NCBI GenBank assembly: GCA_002633005.1
Contig: NMRA01000298.1
Location: forward strand, 349,474-413,473
Direction of reading: 5' to 3'
Length of the DNA stretch: 64,000 nt
Origin: Phoronis australis
Taxonomy: Eukaryota > Animalia > Phoronida
Shown one piece after another: positions 49,101 to 61,552 of the stretch. Numbering within the stretch: the stretch's first letter is position 1; every line of letters begins with the position of its first letter. The notes below the pieces were generated by a model that was given only the letters and a program-made list of their open reading frames with translations, did no database searches and was not told where the DNA came from. A program made the position numbers and the translations under genes.

Positions 49101-49234
49101 AGTTTAAGAACCAGTTGGATGCTGAGGCTCCCTACTATGTGTTCCCCGACAGTGGCGTGACCAAAGACTACATGGAAATCTTAGAGTTTCCTGAGATTGT
49201 CGGACTTGTGTTTACACAAACAGTTTCCAGTTTA
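49101..49234 (+). CDS. DIS3L: DIS3L coding exon 2 (PIN: YVFPDSGVTKDYMEILEFPEIVGLVFTQT)
   Basis: AG/GT, phase 1 to 0; matches YVIPD....DYLEILEFPE..GIIFMQT. Confidence 0.93.
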
Positions 49235-51836
49235 GTAAGGCTTTATTGTCTATTATTGGAAATTAGTTTCGTCTGAATTTTTCCATGTGATTTTGGCATG
49301 TTGCGGGGGTACGCTAGGTGTCAGAAATGAATTAATCTCTACCTGATGTTTTGGTTCACCCAATGACAAAGAAGGTGCTGGACAATTGTGCTAATTCACG
49401 AGGAGAGAATTGATGATGACCAGACAAGAATGCTCAATAGCCAAGTGTCATTCTAGTCTTGGAGGGGGTAACTAGTCCTCATACGGCCCTTTCATATTGA
49501 CTCAACTCCTGTCTTAGCAGAGGTTCGACGTAAACTGCATTGTTAACTGAACCATTCATACCGGCTTTGGTAGTAATGCACATTGACGCTGTTGTCATCA
49601 AAGTAATCGCAAGGTAGGGCTGAGGCATCGTGTGTATGCTAAGATTTTTTAATGTGACATTTGAGACCATTTACATGTGCTAATTGACATAAAAATGATT
49701 TCTAATTTGATTGGTGATTATTTGAGCAAAATGGAAGCAACTACTAGCGATGACACTGCCCTTTAATTGTTGACGATAACAGTGGCCTTATAGTGGATTA
49801 GAATTTTACAGCGAGTTGTAAGTCACGCATGTCCTTCGCACATAATCGGATTTTTGAAATTGACATGCAAGGTCAGTGTATGTAATTCTTTGTGTACCTG
49901 CTCTTGGCCTTCGTAAACAAATAAGGCTTCATAAAGTATTTATGGTCCTGACTGAGAAGGTATTTTTTATTACCCCCTAATAGTTTTGAATAGCTAAGCC
50001 TGTAATATACTGCACTAATTTCCCATCCCTTTTACAATCCTCGCTTTGTGTTTTTTTTTCCACACAAACCAGATGTGTATGTACTGTTGCTGATAAGCTG
50101 GGCATTAAAGACCCCTGGAAACTAGGTCGCAAGCTAGTCGTATAGAGATCGACAGATAGGTGTATCCATTGTTCACTTTGCTTTTCTCCGTTATAAGAAA
50201 GATAATGATAAGCATTTTTCAATAACAGACTGGTGTGCACCCAAGGTAGGATATCCATGCAACCTAAATTGTTATATCTATTAATTAAGACGCAAAAAAT
50301 GAAAAAACATTGGTAGTGTCCCAGAGGCAATAACCATGCGACGCAATTATGCCCATAGTTAAATAATACCTTGCGACCTACGTACAACATCATTTAGCAT
50401 GGGAACTAGTCAAGAGTTTGAGCTTCTGTATCCATTTTTCAAGATGTATTTTGCCCTACTGCTGTTAGACACTAGGAAATTGCCCATGCTTGGCTACGTT
50501 CAGAACGTTGTGTCTCAGAAATGGCAGTCGGAGTGAACAGTTGACCTGTGCTTGTTGTGCACTGTTTTCCAAGACAGTGCTGACAATGGTTTCTGAAATT
50601 TTCCACTTTTGCATGAGCGACCTATCAAATAATAGGATGCTTATAATTTTTGTCAGAAAACTCAAAAGTTGCATGAAACAAAAAAGAAATGTGTTAGAAA
50701 TCTGTAACAGCATTTTGGAGATATCACCTTTAACGTATTTCAAATAAAATTTGGCCATGTCATTGATGTTGTGTTGCTAGACGTGTACATGTACCTTTGT
50801 TTCTTCTTGGTAATTTTTCCTGAAGACAGGGTATCAAGTTAAAAATCAGTCTACAGTAATCTTTTACAGAGTTAATGGTTTTCAGATATTTGTCTAAATG
50901 GACAGACTTGGTGATTATCTCCTACATTCAGCTTTTGAGCTTAATTAAACCATAAGCTATTGTTTGATCTGTACACTTCATTTAGAAGTCAGTGTTTCTC
51001 TGCTGGTATGTGCTGTCCAGTCGTGGAATTATGGCTATATACTGTACAAGCCAAAAGTGTTTGGTCAATATGACCCAGAATTCCTTGTCATGACAGCTGA
51101 GTGGATGCTAAACTCACCGTCAGAATAGTTGTCCTTCAATTGACCTATCGCCAGAATTTTGAATGACAGTTAAATGACCATTTAGAATGCAGCATTATTG
51201 ACACACGTTCGTTTCCAAGCCGCCATTTTACCGACAAGCAACACGTTGCCCGGTAAAACTTAAAAATGTATTGTTTGTTAGTGGACATTACCGAAGGGGG
51301 CAGAGCTTGCAATAGGTCAATTGAGAATAAAGGGGAATTAACAGGAATGTTAGTGAAATGGTTAAGCGCATGGCTTGGAATTTTCCTCTTAAGAGGATTT
51401 TCTCTTTTTTGGTTTCGATTTCCTCTTATTTGATTTCCAGTTTTCTACTGTTTTGTCTATTTTTATCTTTATTTTGACTTTATTCATTTATTTGATATGC
51501 AAAAACTTTTATTTCAGTATTCATTAATTTGACATGCAAAAACGTTTATTTCAGTTAAATTTTACAAGACAAAAAACATTTCTATCCAAAAGCCTGATGT
51601 GAAACAATGCATCACCTGGAAAGTTTTCCTCTTTTTTCATTGGTCATTCCAAGCCCTATTACCAGTCCTATTTGTTGTGAACAGAATCAGCCTTCGTGAC
51701 GGGGTCTGATTACTTTATTTGTGGTATAGATTACCTCTCATAATTTTGTTGAAACGTGGTAATGCAAGTTGGAGACGTTCCATTGGGTTTGTATGAAGGG
51801 GATCAAAGTGTCTCAATAGTCTATTTCATGTGTTAG

Positions 51837-51988
51837 GTGCAGAGAGAGGGAGGCAGACGACTGCATACTAGACTGAACAACATTGTGAAGGACCCTCGCA
51901 GGGGGAGTGTCGTGTTCTGCAATGAGTTCCAGAAATATGCAAGTAGGTCACGCAAACCAGGGGAGACAATCGATAGCTGGCAACTGAG
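51837..51988 (+). CDS. DIS3L: DIS3L coding exon 3, copy A (VQREGGRRLHTRLNNIVKDPRRGSVVFCNEFQ...GETIDSWQLR)
   Basis: AG/GT, phase 0 to 2; matches RGRRQYNKLRNLLKD....LFANEFQ...GES...WQTR. Confidence 0.88.
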
Positions 51989-52895
51989 GTGAGTTATGAG
52001 TGGTGCACATGTTCAGGGCGCATAACATTTTTTGCCTAACTTAGCATGTTGTCACTTAGCATGAATGGGTTTTTTGATCTTAGCAAATAAGTACAATCCA
52101 TGGTGCAATTTTGAACCGGCAGTACGTTAATTCTCTGTGAATCAAGTGAAGGAAATCATTATGTACACGATGTGGTTTTGTTTGTAAGAATGGCTTTATT
52201 ATGATTATATGACGATAACTAACAGACTCGACATTTCAAAGTGCATTTTCTACGCAACGAAACTGGTACAAGAATCGAATTGAACATATTAAATGTCCAT
52301 GCTGCTGAGAACCACTCTGTTGCCAAATGTAGTTTTAAATCTTAAAGTACCACCACCAATCTCAGATTTGAAGTGAAATGGTGCTTGTGGTGAATGGACA
52401 GTTTGTTAGTTGTTTTATGGTGGGCTTGGGGCTTAAAATGGTACGACAGTCAATCCTAACTATTGAGCCTGGTCTCAAACATTGAACAAATTGTCAGTTC
52501 TCCCAAGCCCAGAAATTGCTTCTTCTCTAAATAAAGGAAACTATTTGAGAACAATTTAATTATTGTAAGTGGTGTGAATTAAAAGTTATTTTTCAAACAA
52601 AAGTAGTATGAGTCAGCACCCCTTACCCCACACTCTGTGACCAGATTTACTTACCGCGCATAAAGAACCTCTACCACCTAACCTCAACTCCAACCGCACC
52701 CAGACAATTTTTAGGTTAAGTGACTAAAATCGCAATGCATTGAAACCGGGTCATCCAGCAATGGTAAAAGTTGCTTTCCACTCCCATCAAAAGCTGTGTG
52801 ATGAGGCTTTGATTTTCTGTCACCTGTGCTTGCTTCTCTATGTTCATATATTGTTACCATTATAAGGTTTATTTAGTTCTATTGCTTCCCCCAAG

Positions 52896-52977
52896 GTGTA
52901 CCTATGCTGCTGCGGAGTGGTACTATGATCACCTGGCTGGCAAAATACCTGTAGTGGTGTTAACGGAGAATAAACAG
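52896..52977 (+). CDS. DIS3L: DIS3L coding exon 4, copy A (CTYAAAEWYYDHLAGKIPVVVLTENKQ)
   Basis: AG/GTAAGT, phase 2 to 0; matches IYNAAVWYYHH....PIVMVTED. Confidence 0.88.
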
Positions 52978-53400
52978 GTAAGTTCTTTTAAATGTTTCCA
53001 TACTCAATTGCGAAACTGGTAAAAATTTGATAGGAAATGTCTGTTTTAGAAGTTTGTTAATTTTTTGTACATTTGTCTCTCTTTACTTACAATGGCTCGA
53101 TGTTACATTTGTGTGATATTAATATTCAAGTTGTCTAAATCATCATTGCGTATGCATTTTTTGTAAAAGTCATAAAAGACATATTGCTTAATAGACCCTC
53201 ATTAAAAATGGAATGTTTTCAATATTCCTACAGCTTCAGTGATTTTAGAGAACGATTCATTTAGCGTAATATCTAAAGTTTCCTATGAATCCAGTCAGCC
53301 ATTTCTGAGATATGGTGTTCCATAGTCGGCCATATTGGGACGTTTTTAAATGGTCCCACACAACTTTAAGCAGCGTCTTTTCTCTATGCGATGTTTGTAG

Positions 53401-53545
53401 TTTATTGAAGAGCACAAGTGCAAAAGGCAAGATGTGTTTGTGATCAATATACAGACATTTCTCGACAACTTCTGGCCAAACTTGACTGCTGCCCACGACC
53501 TGTTGGACTCCTTGACTGCTTCACTACAGGACATTCAGGTCAAAG
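53401..53545 (+). CDS. DIS3L: DIS3L coding exon 5, copy A (VFVINIQTFLDNFWPNLTAAHDLLDSL)
   Basis: AG/GT, phase 0 to 1; matches VFVI....YLDNFWPDLKAAHEL.DS. Confidence 0.88.
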
Positions 53546-54030
53546 GTCGGTTTTGTTTGTTTTATATATTATGATTGAAAGCTATGTGAATTATTATTTT
53601 CCCTGTAGGAGTTGTCTGTGACATACAATGGGTTTCAACTGATTAGTGTGTTAGATTATGGTGTTCAATTAATCAGTAACAAATACTTTTAAAGCCTTTT
53701 TTCTATCTGAATGTGACTTAAGTAAATTGTCAACCACCACAATTTTATGTGGCTCAGCTGCCATGTTTGGCTCTTCAGGTAATCTGGCAAAAATCTGTTC
53801 CCCTGTAATTACATTTAGGGTAGGTCCAAATTTTTGGGTAGCAACTCATCTTTTTAGCACATTCCAAACCGTAGGATTTTACTTTCTCCTTGTCAGCTTT
53901 CGATGAATTCCCTTACATTCATTCTCGGTCTCGAGTGACTGAGAATAGCCACTTCCTGGTTTACTACAGTGTAGTCATTGATTCTACACTATTCACCCAG
54001 GCTCAATGCTGCGTGTTTGAAGGGCACCTG

Positions 54031-55422
54031 GGCCCGGTCTCCAATCTCCGTACTCAGACTCATCCTCATACTCGAGATTTCATACTCAAAATCGTGCTCA
54101 CTGGAGTCGTACTCAAAAAAACGTATCTAATGTCGTATTTCGAGTAGACTCCAAACGTACTCAAATCTGACACTCATACTCGAGTTGCTATGGAACTCTT
54201 TATGATGTGAAATGCAAAATCACGCAAAGCCGCGCTGATTCATCGCTCCCTATTGCAATAGACCACCCCAAGAACTAGGCCTACATTATCGTCTGCTGTC
54301 GCTGCAACTACAACAGTATGTCTATAACGTGGAATGCTGAGTGTTCTGTAACTGTTATTCATTTTTTAGTTTCAATAAATATTCTTATGCCAGTTCTTTG
54401 ATACATTTGGCTATTATTAAGCTTCACTTCTTGAGTTCCTCACCCAGTCCCGAAAACGTCTTTTAAAAGAAATTTGTAACACCTTATCACATCACATCTC
54501 TGTTGCTAATTTAGTCTTGACATAAAACCCATTGCTGTGTAGGCCTACGCTGATGTCAAACTTTGATATTGTATCTTTGTATTTTACCGGGATGTATCAA
54601 GTGAGTTGACATTTGGCACGTGAGTTAAAAACAATACTTGTGTAGGCATTCAGAGTTCACCAGTGGCAGTGAACGGGACGAGACGTCTACTTAGAAATCG
54701 GCAAACAAAATCTGGAATTCCATTTGGGGATTGAGGAATTATAGACAACTAAGTTATGATGAGAAATGTGCCTGACAGGGAAGCGAACTTTTTTTAACTC
54801 CCCTCCCCTCCTCGTCTTTTGGAAACCCTACAAAACATAGGCACACATACCTAAATAAGGGCAGCACAAACTTCTCACATGACTTTTCCCACAACTGCTT
54901 TCGACGCTTGTTATGACTCGCCGACAAGGGATTACAGTGCACTTGTTGCCAGGAATTGTAGAGGTAGAATGGCGGCCATAACATACAGTGATACGGCGGG
55001 TTAATAAGGTGAAGAATAAGAAGATTTAAGATGAAAACTATTATCTCTGAACTGAAGTTGAAGTACTGAGATGCGGTAAGAGGATTTATTTTTTTTTAGA
55101 TTTGCTGTGTTTCTTGGTTCCCTTTCGATATTTTGTTCTCTGGCTCGTATTTATTTTCGAGTACGTTTTCAAGCACACTGCCATACCAAACTTGAAATTT
55201 GAGCATAGACTCCAAATTTTTACTCAAAATCGTACTCGAAATATAGATGAGATACACTTCAGTTCGAGTACACTCGAAAACTGAGTCCGTGTTCGAAATT
55301 TCGAGTACAGATTTTTCGAGTATGACATTGAATACACCAAAGCTGAGTCTGTACTCGAGTTGAGTATGAAGTGTGAGTTTGAGCATGATTCGAGTCTGAG
55401 TACGGAGATTGGAGACCGGGCC
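54031..55422. mobile_element. PIF/Harbinger-like non-autonomous element with CTG TSD, intronic
   Basis: TIR GGCCCGGTCTCCAATCTCCGTACTCAGACTC at both ends, flanked by CTG. The paralogous empty site GGGCAC-CTG-GCCACAG is present at about 58295-58310. A possible Myb/SANT-like remnant (SHNKRRKQLWEK) lies on the minus strand. Confidence 0.85.
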
Positions 55423-55719
55423 CTGGCCACAGTTGTACACTGATGCAGTGCTCATCAATATTTTCCATTTTAAGGTTCTTTCGCCATATGTGGTTCTGAT
55501 GCCATTACTGTTTTACCAGTGTATAGCAAGTTGCTATGGAGACACCAAAAATAATTTGAAATTGCAAGTGAGGCGTGTTGAAATAGCTTCAGGAAAGAAT
55601 GCAAACATCTAGACCCCACCACTTGTAATTGCCCTGTGGCCACAAAAGTAGGGAAGAAGTAATTGTCAGCTGTGGTTACATGCAGATGGGTTTTCTTTTG
55701 TGCGCCGTGTTCGCATCAG

Positions 55720-55893
55720 GGCCCGGTCTCCAATCTCCGTACTCAGACTCGAATCATGCTCAAACTCACACTTCATACTCAACTCGAGTACAGACTCAGC
55801 TTTGGTGTATTTAATGTCATACTCGAAAAATCTGTACTCGAAATTTCGAGCACGTACTCAGTTTTCGAGTGTACTCGAACTGAAGTGTATCTC
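55720..55893 (-). mobile_element. second, inverted end of the same Harbinger-like element, truncated at contig junction
   Basis: Near-identical reverse complement of 55249-55422, inserted after CAG. The empty site GCATCAG-GGGTTC is at about 59128; the copy ends at the single N at 55894. Confidence 0.85.
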
Positions 55894-56020
55894 NTACTTT
55901 ATTTGTGGTATAGATTACCTCTCATAATTTTGTTGAACCGTGGTAATCCAAGTTGGATACGTTCCATTGGGTTTGTATGAAGGGGATCAAAGTGTCTCAA
56001 TAGTCGATTTCATTTGTTAG

Positions 56021-56172
56021 GTGCAGAGAGAGGGAGGCAGACGACTGCATACTAGACTGAACAACATTGTGAAGGACCCTCGCAGGGGGAGTGTCGTGTT
56101 CTGCAATGAGTTTCAGAAATATGCTAGTAGGTCACGCGAACCAGGGGAGACAATCGATAGCTGGCAACTGAG
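56021..56172 (+). CDS. DIS3L: DIS3L coding exon 3, copy B
   Basis: Same boundaries as copy A; one K/E difference. Confidence 0.85.
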
Positions 56173-57110
56173 GTGAGTTATGAGTGATGCAGATGTTCAG
56201 GGTGCATAACATTTTTTGCCTAACTTAGCATGTTGTCACTTAGCATGAATGGGTTTTTTGATCTTAGCAAATAAGTACAATCCATGGTGCAATTTTGTAC
56301 CCGCAGTACGCTAATTCTCTGTGAATCAAGTGAAGGAAATCATTATGTACACGATGTGGTTTTGTTTGTAAGAATAGCTTTATTATGATTATATGATGAT
56401 AACTAACAGACTTGACACTTCAAAGTGCATTTTCTACGCAACGAAACTGGTACAAGAATCGAATTGAACATATTAAATGTCCATGCTGCTGAGAACCACT
56501 CGACTGTTACCAAATGTAACTTTTAAATCTTAAAGTACCGCCACCAATCTCAAGTTGTTCGTTACTCAGATTTGAAGTGATATGGAGCTTGTGGTGAATG
56601 TACAGTTTGTTAGTCGTTTTATGGTGGGCTTGGGGCTTAAAATGGTACGACGGTCAAACCTAACTATTGAGCCTGGTCTCAAACATTGAACAAATTGTCA
56701 GTTCTCCTAAGCCCAGAAATTGCTTCTTTTACTTTATCTTCTCTAAATAAAGGAAACTATTTGAGAACAATTTAATTATTGTAAGTGATGTGAATTAAAA
56801 GTTATTTTTCAAACAAAAGTAGTGTGAGTCAGCACCCCTTACCCCACACTCTGTGACCAGATTTACTAACCGCGCATAAAGAACCTCTACCACCTAACCT
56901 CAACTCCAACCGCACCCAGACAATTTTTAGGTTAAGTGACTAAAATCGCAATGCATTGAAACCGGGTCATCCAGCAACGGTAAAAGTTGCTTTCCACTCC
57001 CATCAAAAGCGGTGTGATGAGGCGTTGATTTTCTGTCAGCTGTGCTTGCTTCTCTATGTTCACATATTGTTACCATTATAAGGTTATTTAGTTCTATTGC
57101 TTCCCCCAAG

Positions 57111-57192
57111 GTGTACCTACGCTGCTGCAGAGTGGTACTATGATCACCTGGCTGGCAAAATACCTGTAGTGGTGTTAACGGAGAATAAACAG
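57111..57192 (+). CDS. DIS3L: DIS3L coding exon 4, copy B
   Basis: Same boundaries; synonymous differences only. Confidence 0.85.
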
Positions 57193-57616
57193 GTAAGTTC
57201 TTGTGAATGTTTCCAAACTCAATTGCGAAACTGGTAAAAATTTGATAGGAAATGTCTTTTTTAGAAGTTTGTTAATTTTTTTGTACCTTTTGTCTCTCTT
57301 TACTTACAATGGCTCGATGTTACATTTGTGTGATATTAATATTCAAGTTGTCTAAATCATCATTGCGTATGCATTTTTTGTAAAAGTCATAAAAGACATA
57401 TTGCTTGATAGACCCTCATTAAAAATGGAATGTTTTCAATATTCCTACAGCTTCAGTGATTTTAGAGAACATTCATTTAGCGTAATATCTAAAGTTTCCT
57501 ATGAATCCAGTCAGCCATTTCTAAGATACGGTGTTCCGTAGTCGGCCATATTGGGACGTTTTTAAGTGGTTCTACACAACTTAAAGCAGCATCTTTTCTC
57601 TATGCGATGTTTGTAG

Positions 57617-57761
57617 TTTGTCGAAGAGCACAAGTGCAAAAGGCAAGATGTGTTTGTGATCACTATACAGACATTTCTTGACAACTTCTGGCCAAACTTG
57701 ACTGCTGCCCACGACCTGTTGGACTCCTTGACTGCTTCATTACAGGACATTCAGGTCAAAG
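57617..57761 (+). CDS. DIS3L: DIS3L coding exon 5, copy B
   Basis: Same boundaries; I/V and N/T differences. Confidence 0.85.
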
Positions 57762-58949
57762 GTCGGTTTTGCTTGTTTTATATATTGTGATTTTAAGCTA
57801 TGTGAATTATTATTTTTCCTTTGCTTGTTTTATATATTATGATTGAAAGCTATTTGAATTATTATTTTCCCTGTAGGAGTTGTCTGTGACATACAATGGG
57901 TTTCAACTGATTAGTGTGTCTCTAGTTAGATTATGGTGTTAAATTAACCCGGCAGTAACAAATACTTTTAAAGCCTTTTTTTCTAATATTTGAATGTGAC
58001 TTAAGTAAATTGTCAATCACCACAATTTTATCTGGCTCAGATGCCATGTTTGGCTCTTCAGGTAATCTGGCAAAAATCTGTTCCCCTGTAATTACATTTA
58101 GGGTAGGCCCAAATTTGTGGGTAGCGACTCATCTTTTTGGCACATTCCAAACCGTAGGATTTTACTTTCTCCTTGTCAGCTTTCGATGAATTCCCCAACA
58201 TTCATTCTCGTGTGACTGAGAATAGCCACTTCCTGGTTTACTACTGTGCAGTCATTGATTCTACACTATTTACGCACAATGCTGCGCATCTGAAGGGCAC
58301 CTGGCCACAGTTGTACACTGCTGCCGTGCTCATCAACATTTTCCATTTAAAGGTTCTTTCGCCATTTGTGGTTCTTATGCCATTACTGTTTTACTAGTTT
58401 ATAGCAAGTTGCTATGGAGACACCAAAAATAATTTGAAATTGCAAGTGAGGCGTGTTGAAATGGCTTCAGAAAAGAAACCAAACTTCTAGACCCCACCAT
58501 ACCTGTTTGAAAGTTTGGAGTGAACACAAGTTCTCAAACTGCGACGAATGACAACTTCTTTTGATTTTTTTTTTTGGTGCAGAATGAAAGTCTGTGGCTT
58601 TCTATAGTTTTTGTGAGCATCATTTCCTGCAACACAACTGCGTTGAGAACCCACTTCTTTTAATGTTTTCAAAATAACCGAGGTGAAATTATTTCTTATG
58701 ATGCTTCGATAACGTTCGTATTGTGTGTGTGCAATGAGGCCTAGTGACCAAGTAAACAAAGCACAGTGTGGAGACAACTCCACCCACAAAAACAATTTAG
58801 AGCCGAAAATTCACTTGCCACGCAGGTGACCAGCACCTTAGTCGCATGGGCAAGTGGCTAAAGTGCTGTCCACACACAGACTTAGCCTTGAACAAATTAC
58901 TCCTGGAACTAGTTGTCGCTAGGTTTGAGAGCTGGCTAGACGCTATTTA

Positions 58950-59228
58950 AACTAGTGCAACTTACCCCAGTTGTGAAAGCTTGCTCCACATTATCGAGGT
59001 GGGTTAACTTGTTCTAGGGTAACTTGTGCCACTTGTAGTCGCCGTGTGGCCACAAAACTAGTGTAGGGCAGAAGTAATTGTCAGCTGCGGTTACATGAAG
59101 ATGGGTTTTCTTTTGTGCGCCGTGTTCGCATCAGGGGTTCATTGTCCCGCACAGAGCTACAACTTCCTTGGTTATCGAGCATGTGTGTGTGGATGCTTCA
59201 CTTAAAAGTGGGGTAAGTTGCACTAGTT
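58950..59228. mobile_element. MITE-like inverted repeat
   Basis: AACTAGTGCAACTTACCCCA / TGGGGTAAGTTGCACTAGTT perfect 20-bp inverted repeat. Confidence 0.6.
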
Positions 59229-59513
59229 CAAGTTCAAGGGCAGGTTATGTGTGGGCGGGACTTAAGTATCACTTCTCCAACTTATCTCAGGATGCATATC
59301 TTTCAAAAACTAGGTCAGTGATACATTTTATACCTTTTTGCAAAAGAAGAGAGTTCAGTTCGGGTCATGGCAATCCCACATGCACTCATCCATCATGATA
59401 GATAATTCTGGGTAATTTTCTTCTGATGTCTTTTAGCTGAATTGCTTAAAAATTGCTCTGACACTTAAATTTACACATGGCAGCTGGGAATTGTTTTCTG
59501 TCTTCTTCTGCAG

Positions 59514-59643
59514 ACCGCGAGTTCTCAGGCTATATGTCAGATGAGATCCTGGAGTCAAACCTCAAGTCTGGACGCTTCATTCAGGGCTGCCTTCAAGTAA
59601 ACAAGCACAATGCCCAACAGGAGGCGTTTGTGCATCAAACTAA
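59514..59643 (+). CDS. DIS3L: DIS3L coding exon 6 (EFSGYMSDEILESNLKSGRFIQGCLQVNKHNAQQEAFV)
   Basis: AG/GTAAGT, phase 1 to 2; matches [28 protein letters not shown]. Confidence 0.93.
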
Positions 59644-60658
59644 GTAAGTAGGATAGAACAATGGAGGAGGTGCATGAATTTCAATAGGTGTCACTAGGTG
59701 TCATGAAGCACATGAGTGTGCCCTAACTTATGGTTGGCAAATGTGTCCCTTTGGTTATGAATGCGATAACATTAAACAAATATCAAATAGGCATACACAC
59801 AGATAATCCTACAAAGTCTTCCTCACTTTGTTCATAGATACGTTTTGCAATACACTATTACACTAATTCCATGCCATGAACCTTTACTGTTCCAAACTTT
59901 TGAGAAGTTTATTCAACCTACACATTGGCATTTAGCCTTGTGGCAAATTCTTTTAAAATGTGTTCACATACTGTCTCATAACTGTGCTAACGTATAGCAG
60001 GAACGAAACGATGATGCTATTTTATCGTCACTTTCGCTAAACAAAGCAGAGTTGTATTCATTGACAACTCATAAATGTGAAAACCAAACATTCTGCAAAT
60101 ACGTGACCTTTGCAAAATGACGTACCTCGTGGGCTCACATAGCCCACATCATGCAGTGTTATTCCCCAGCACTACATCATGATATTTACTGGAGACTGTT
60201 CAGTGATTTGCAGCACATCATTTTCACCACAAAACTCGTTCTTAAAAACACGCATGTTGCTTGTAAAATGACAGTGCACCTGTATTAATTCACACAGTCG
60301 GGCAGTGGCGTGGGAGTCTTTTCCCATGTTCACCTCTGTGCTGATGAACAGCTTTTTGACCTCAGTCTGCTAGAGGATTTTTTCTTCATTAGTGCCACCT
60401 AGTGAATAGTTGTGAATGCCCACAATTTCTCAAAAGTTTGTCTTTTATATAGTATCTCATCTTGTGAGATATTTATTTGATGCTTCTGAACTTTTACAAA
60501 AATATGAAGAAAAAAATTCTCTGCGTCTGCCGTAACCTGGCCCAGAATGGTGAGACTGTAGTACAGCTGTTTCCGCATTCAATGCTGTGGTGTAAATTAA
60601 TTAAGATACCGTTTTTTCGTATATAAGTGATCACTTTTAAATAAAGTCTATGTTGCAG

Positions 60659-60816
60659 CGAGACTGGCGTTAAGGACGACACACACAAAACCTCAGATGT
60701 GCTCATACCGGGTGTAGCGGCCAGGAACCGAGCAGTACACGGGGATAACGTCGTCGTGGAGATATTACCCCGCAATCAGTGGAAGGGACGCAATACAGCT
60801 CTCAGTGAAGATGGAG
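60659..60816 (+). CDS. DIS3L: DIS3L coding exon 7 ([33 protein letters not shown]; CSD1)
   Basis: AG/GT, phase 2 to 1; RNRA.HGD.V.VE.LP...W motif of the Dis3 family. Confidence 0.95.
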
Positions 60817-61178
60817 GTAGACTGTCTGGTCTTAGTGTTTGGAATTTTGTTGTCATTTCAAATAAAATACAGTCGGATACTAGAGATAGGTGCCCTTGAA
60901 ACTGACTCATTAGTTAATCCTTGATGAATAAGTTTCTCACATTTTGGGAGCTAAAATTACGGGCATTCACAAAGAACGAAAAGTCTCGGTCGTTTAAATT
61001 GGTGAGAGTGGGTGTTAATTGGAACATGGGCATTTTGCTCATTGACAAGAGAATATGCTATTTAACTCCTGGTTCATACTCTTTGTAGAAATTTAGAATG
61101 TTTTGTGGACACAGAAAGTCGTTGAAAATTAAAAAAGGGGGGATTAAGTGGTCGTGCTAATCTCGTTGAAAATTTCAT

Positions 61179-61246
61179 ACACACACACACACACACACAC
61201 GCACGCACACAAACACACACACACACGCACGCACACAAACGCACAC
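61179..61246 (+). repeat. (CA)n microsatellite
   Basis: Direct observation. Confidence 0.95.
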
Positions 61247-61552
61247 CCATCAGTTATGCTTAAGTTTATTGTAACATGTCTACTTTTTGTGAAGAAATTG
61301 TTCCTGGAAAAGTCATGGAAATTGAAAACACAATATGGAGCGATAATGAAACACTGGCATGGCTTGGAGATACTTTTTTTCCATGTTTCTGTACGAGGAT
61401 AGCCTCATCTGTGCTCACCACTGCTTTTAGTAATGCCCTGTGTACAATGACAAGTTGTTACCCTGACAAGTTGTAGAGATGAGAAAAAGTATGCGCATAG
61501 TTTTTAAGAAAATGGCTGTAGCCTCAAAATGAAAGTTTGCTTTACTGATCTT

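Larger units (their letters stand above)
55895..59133 (+). repeat. second copy of segment 51711-55719 (DIS3L exons 3-5 and introns)
   Basis: Sequence restarts with TACTTTATTTGTGGTATAGATTACC right after a lone N and is collinear with copy A at high identity, with indels. Confidence 0.95.

Noticed and set aside
55096-55980. Similar ORFs on opposite strands (QGPVSNLRTQTR...)
   Set aside because: They are translations of the inverted transposon ends, not genes.
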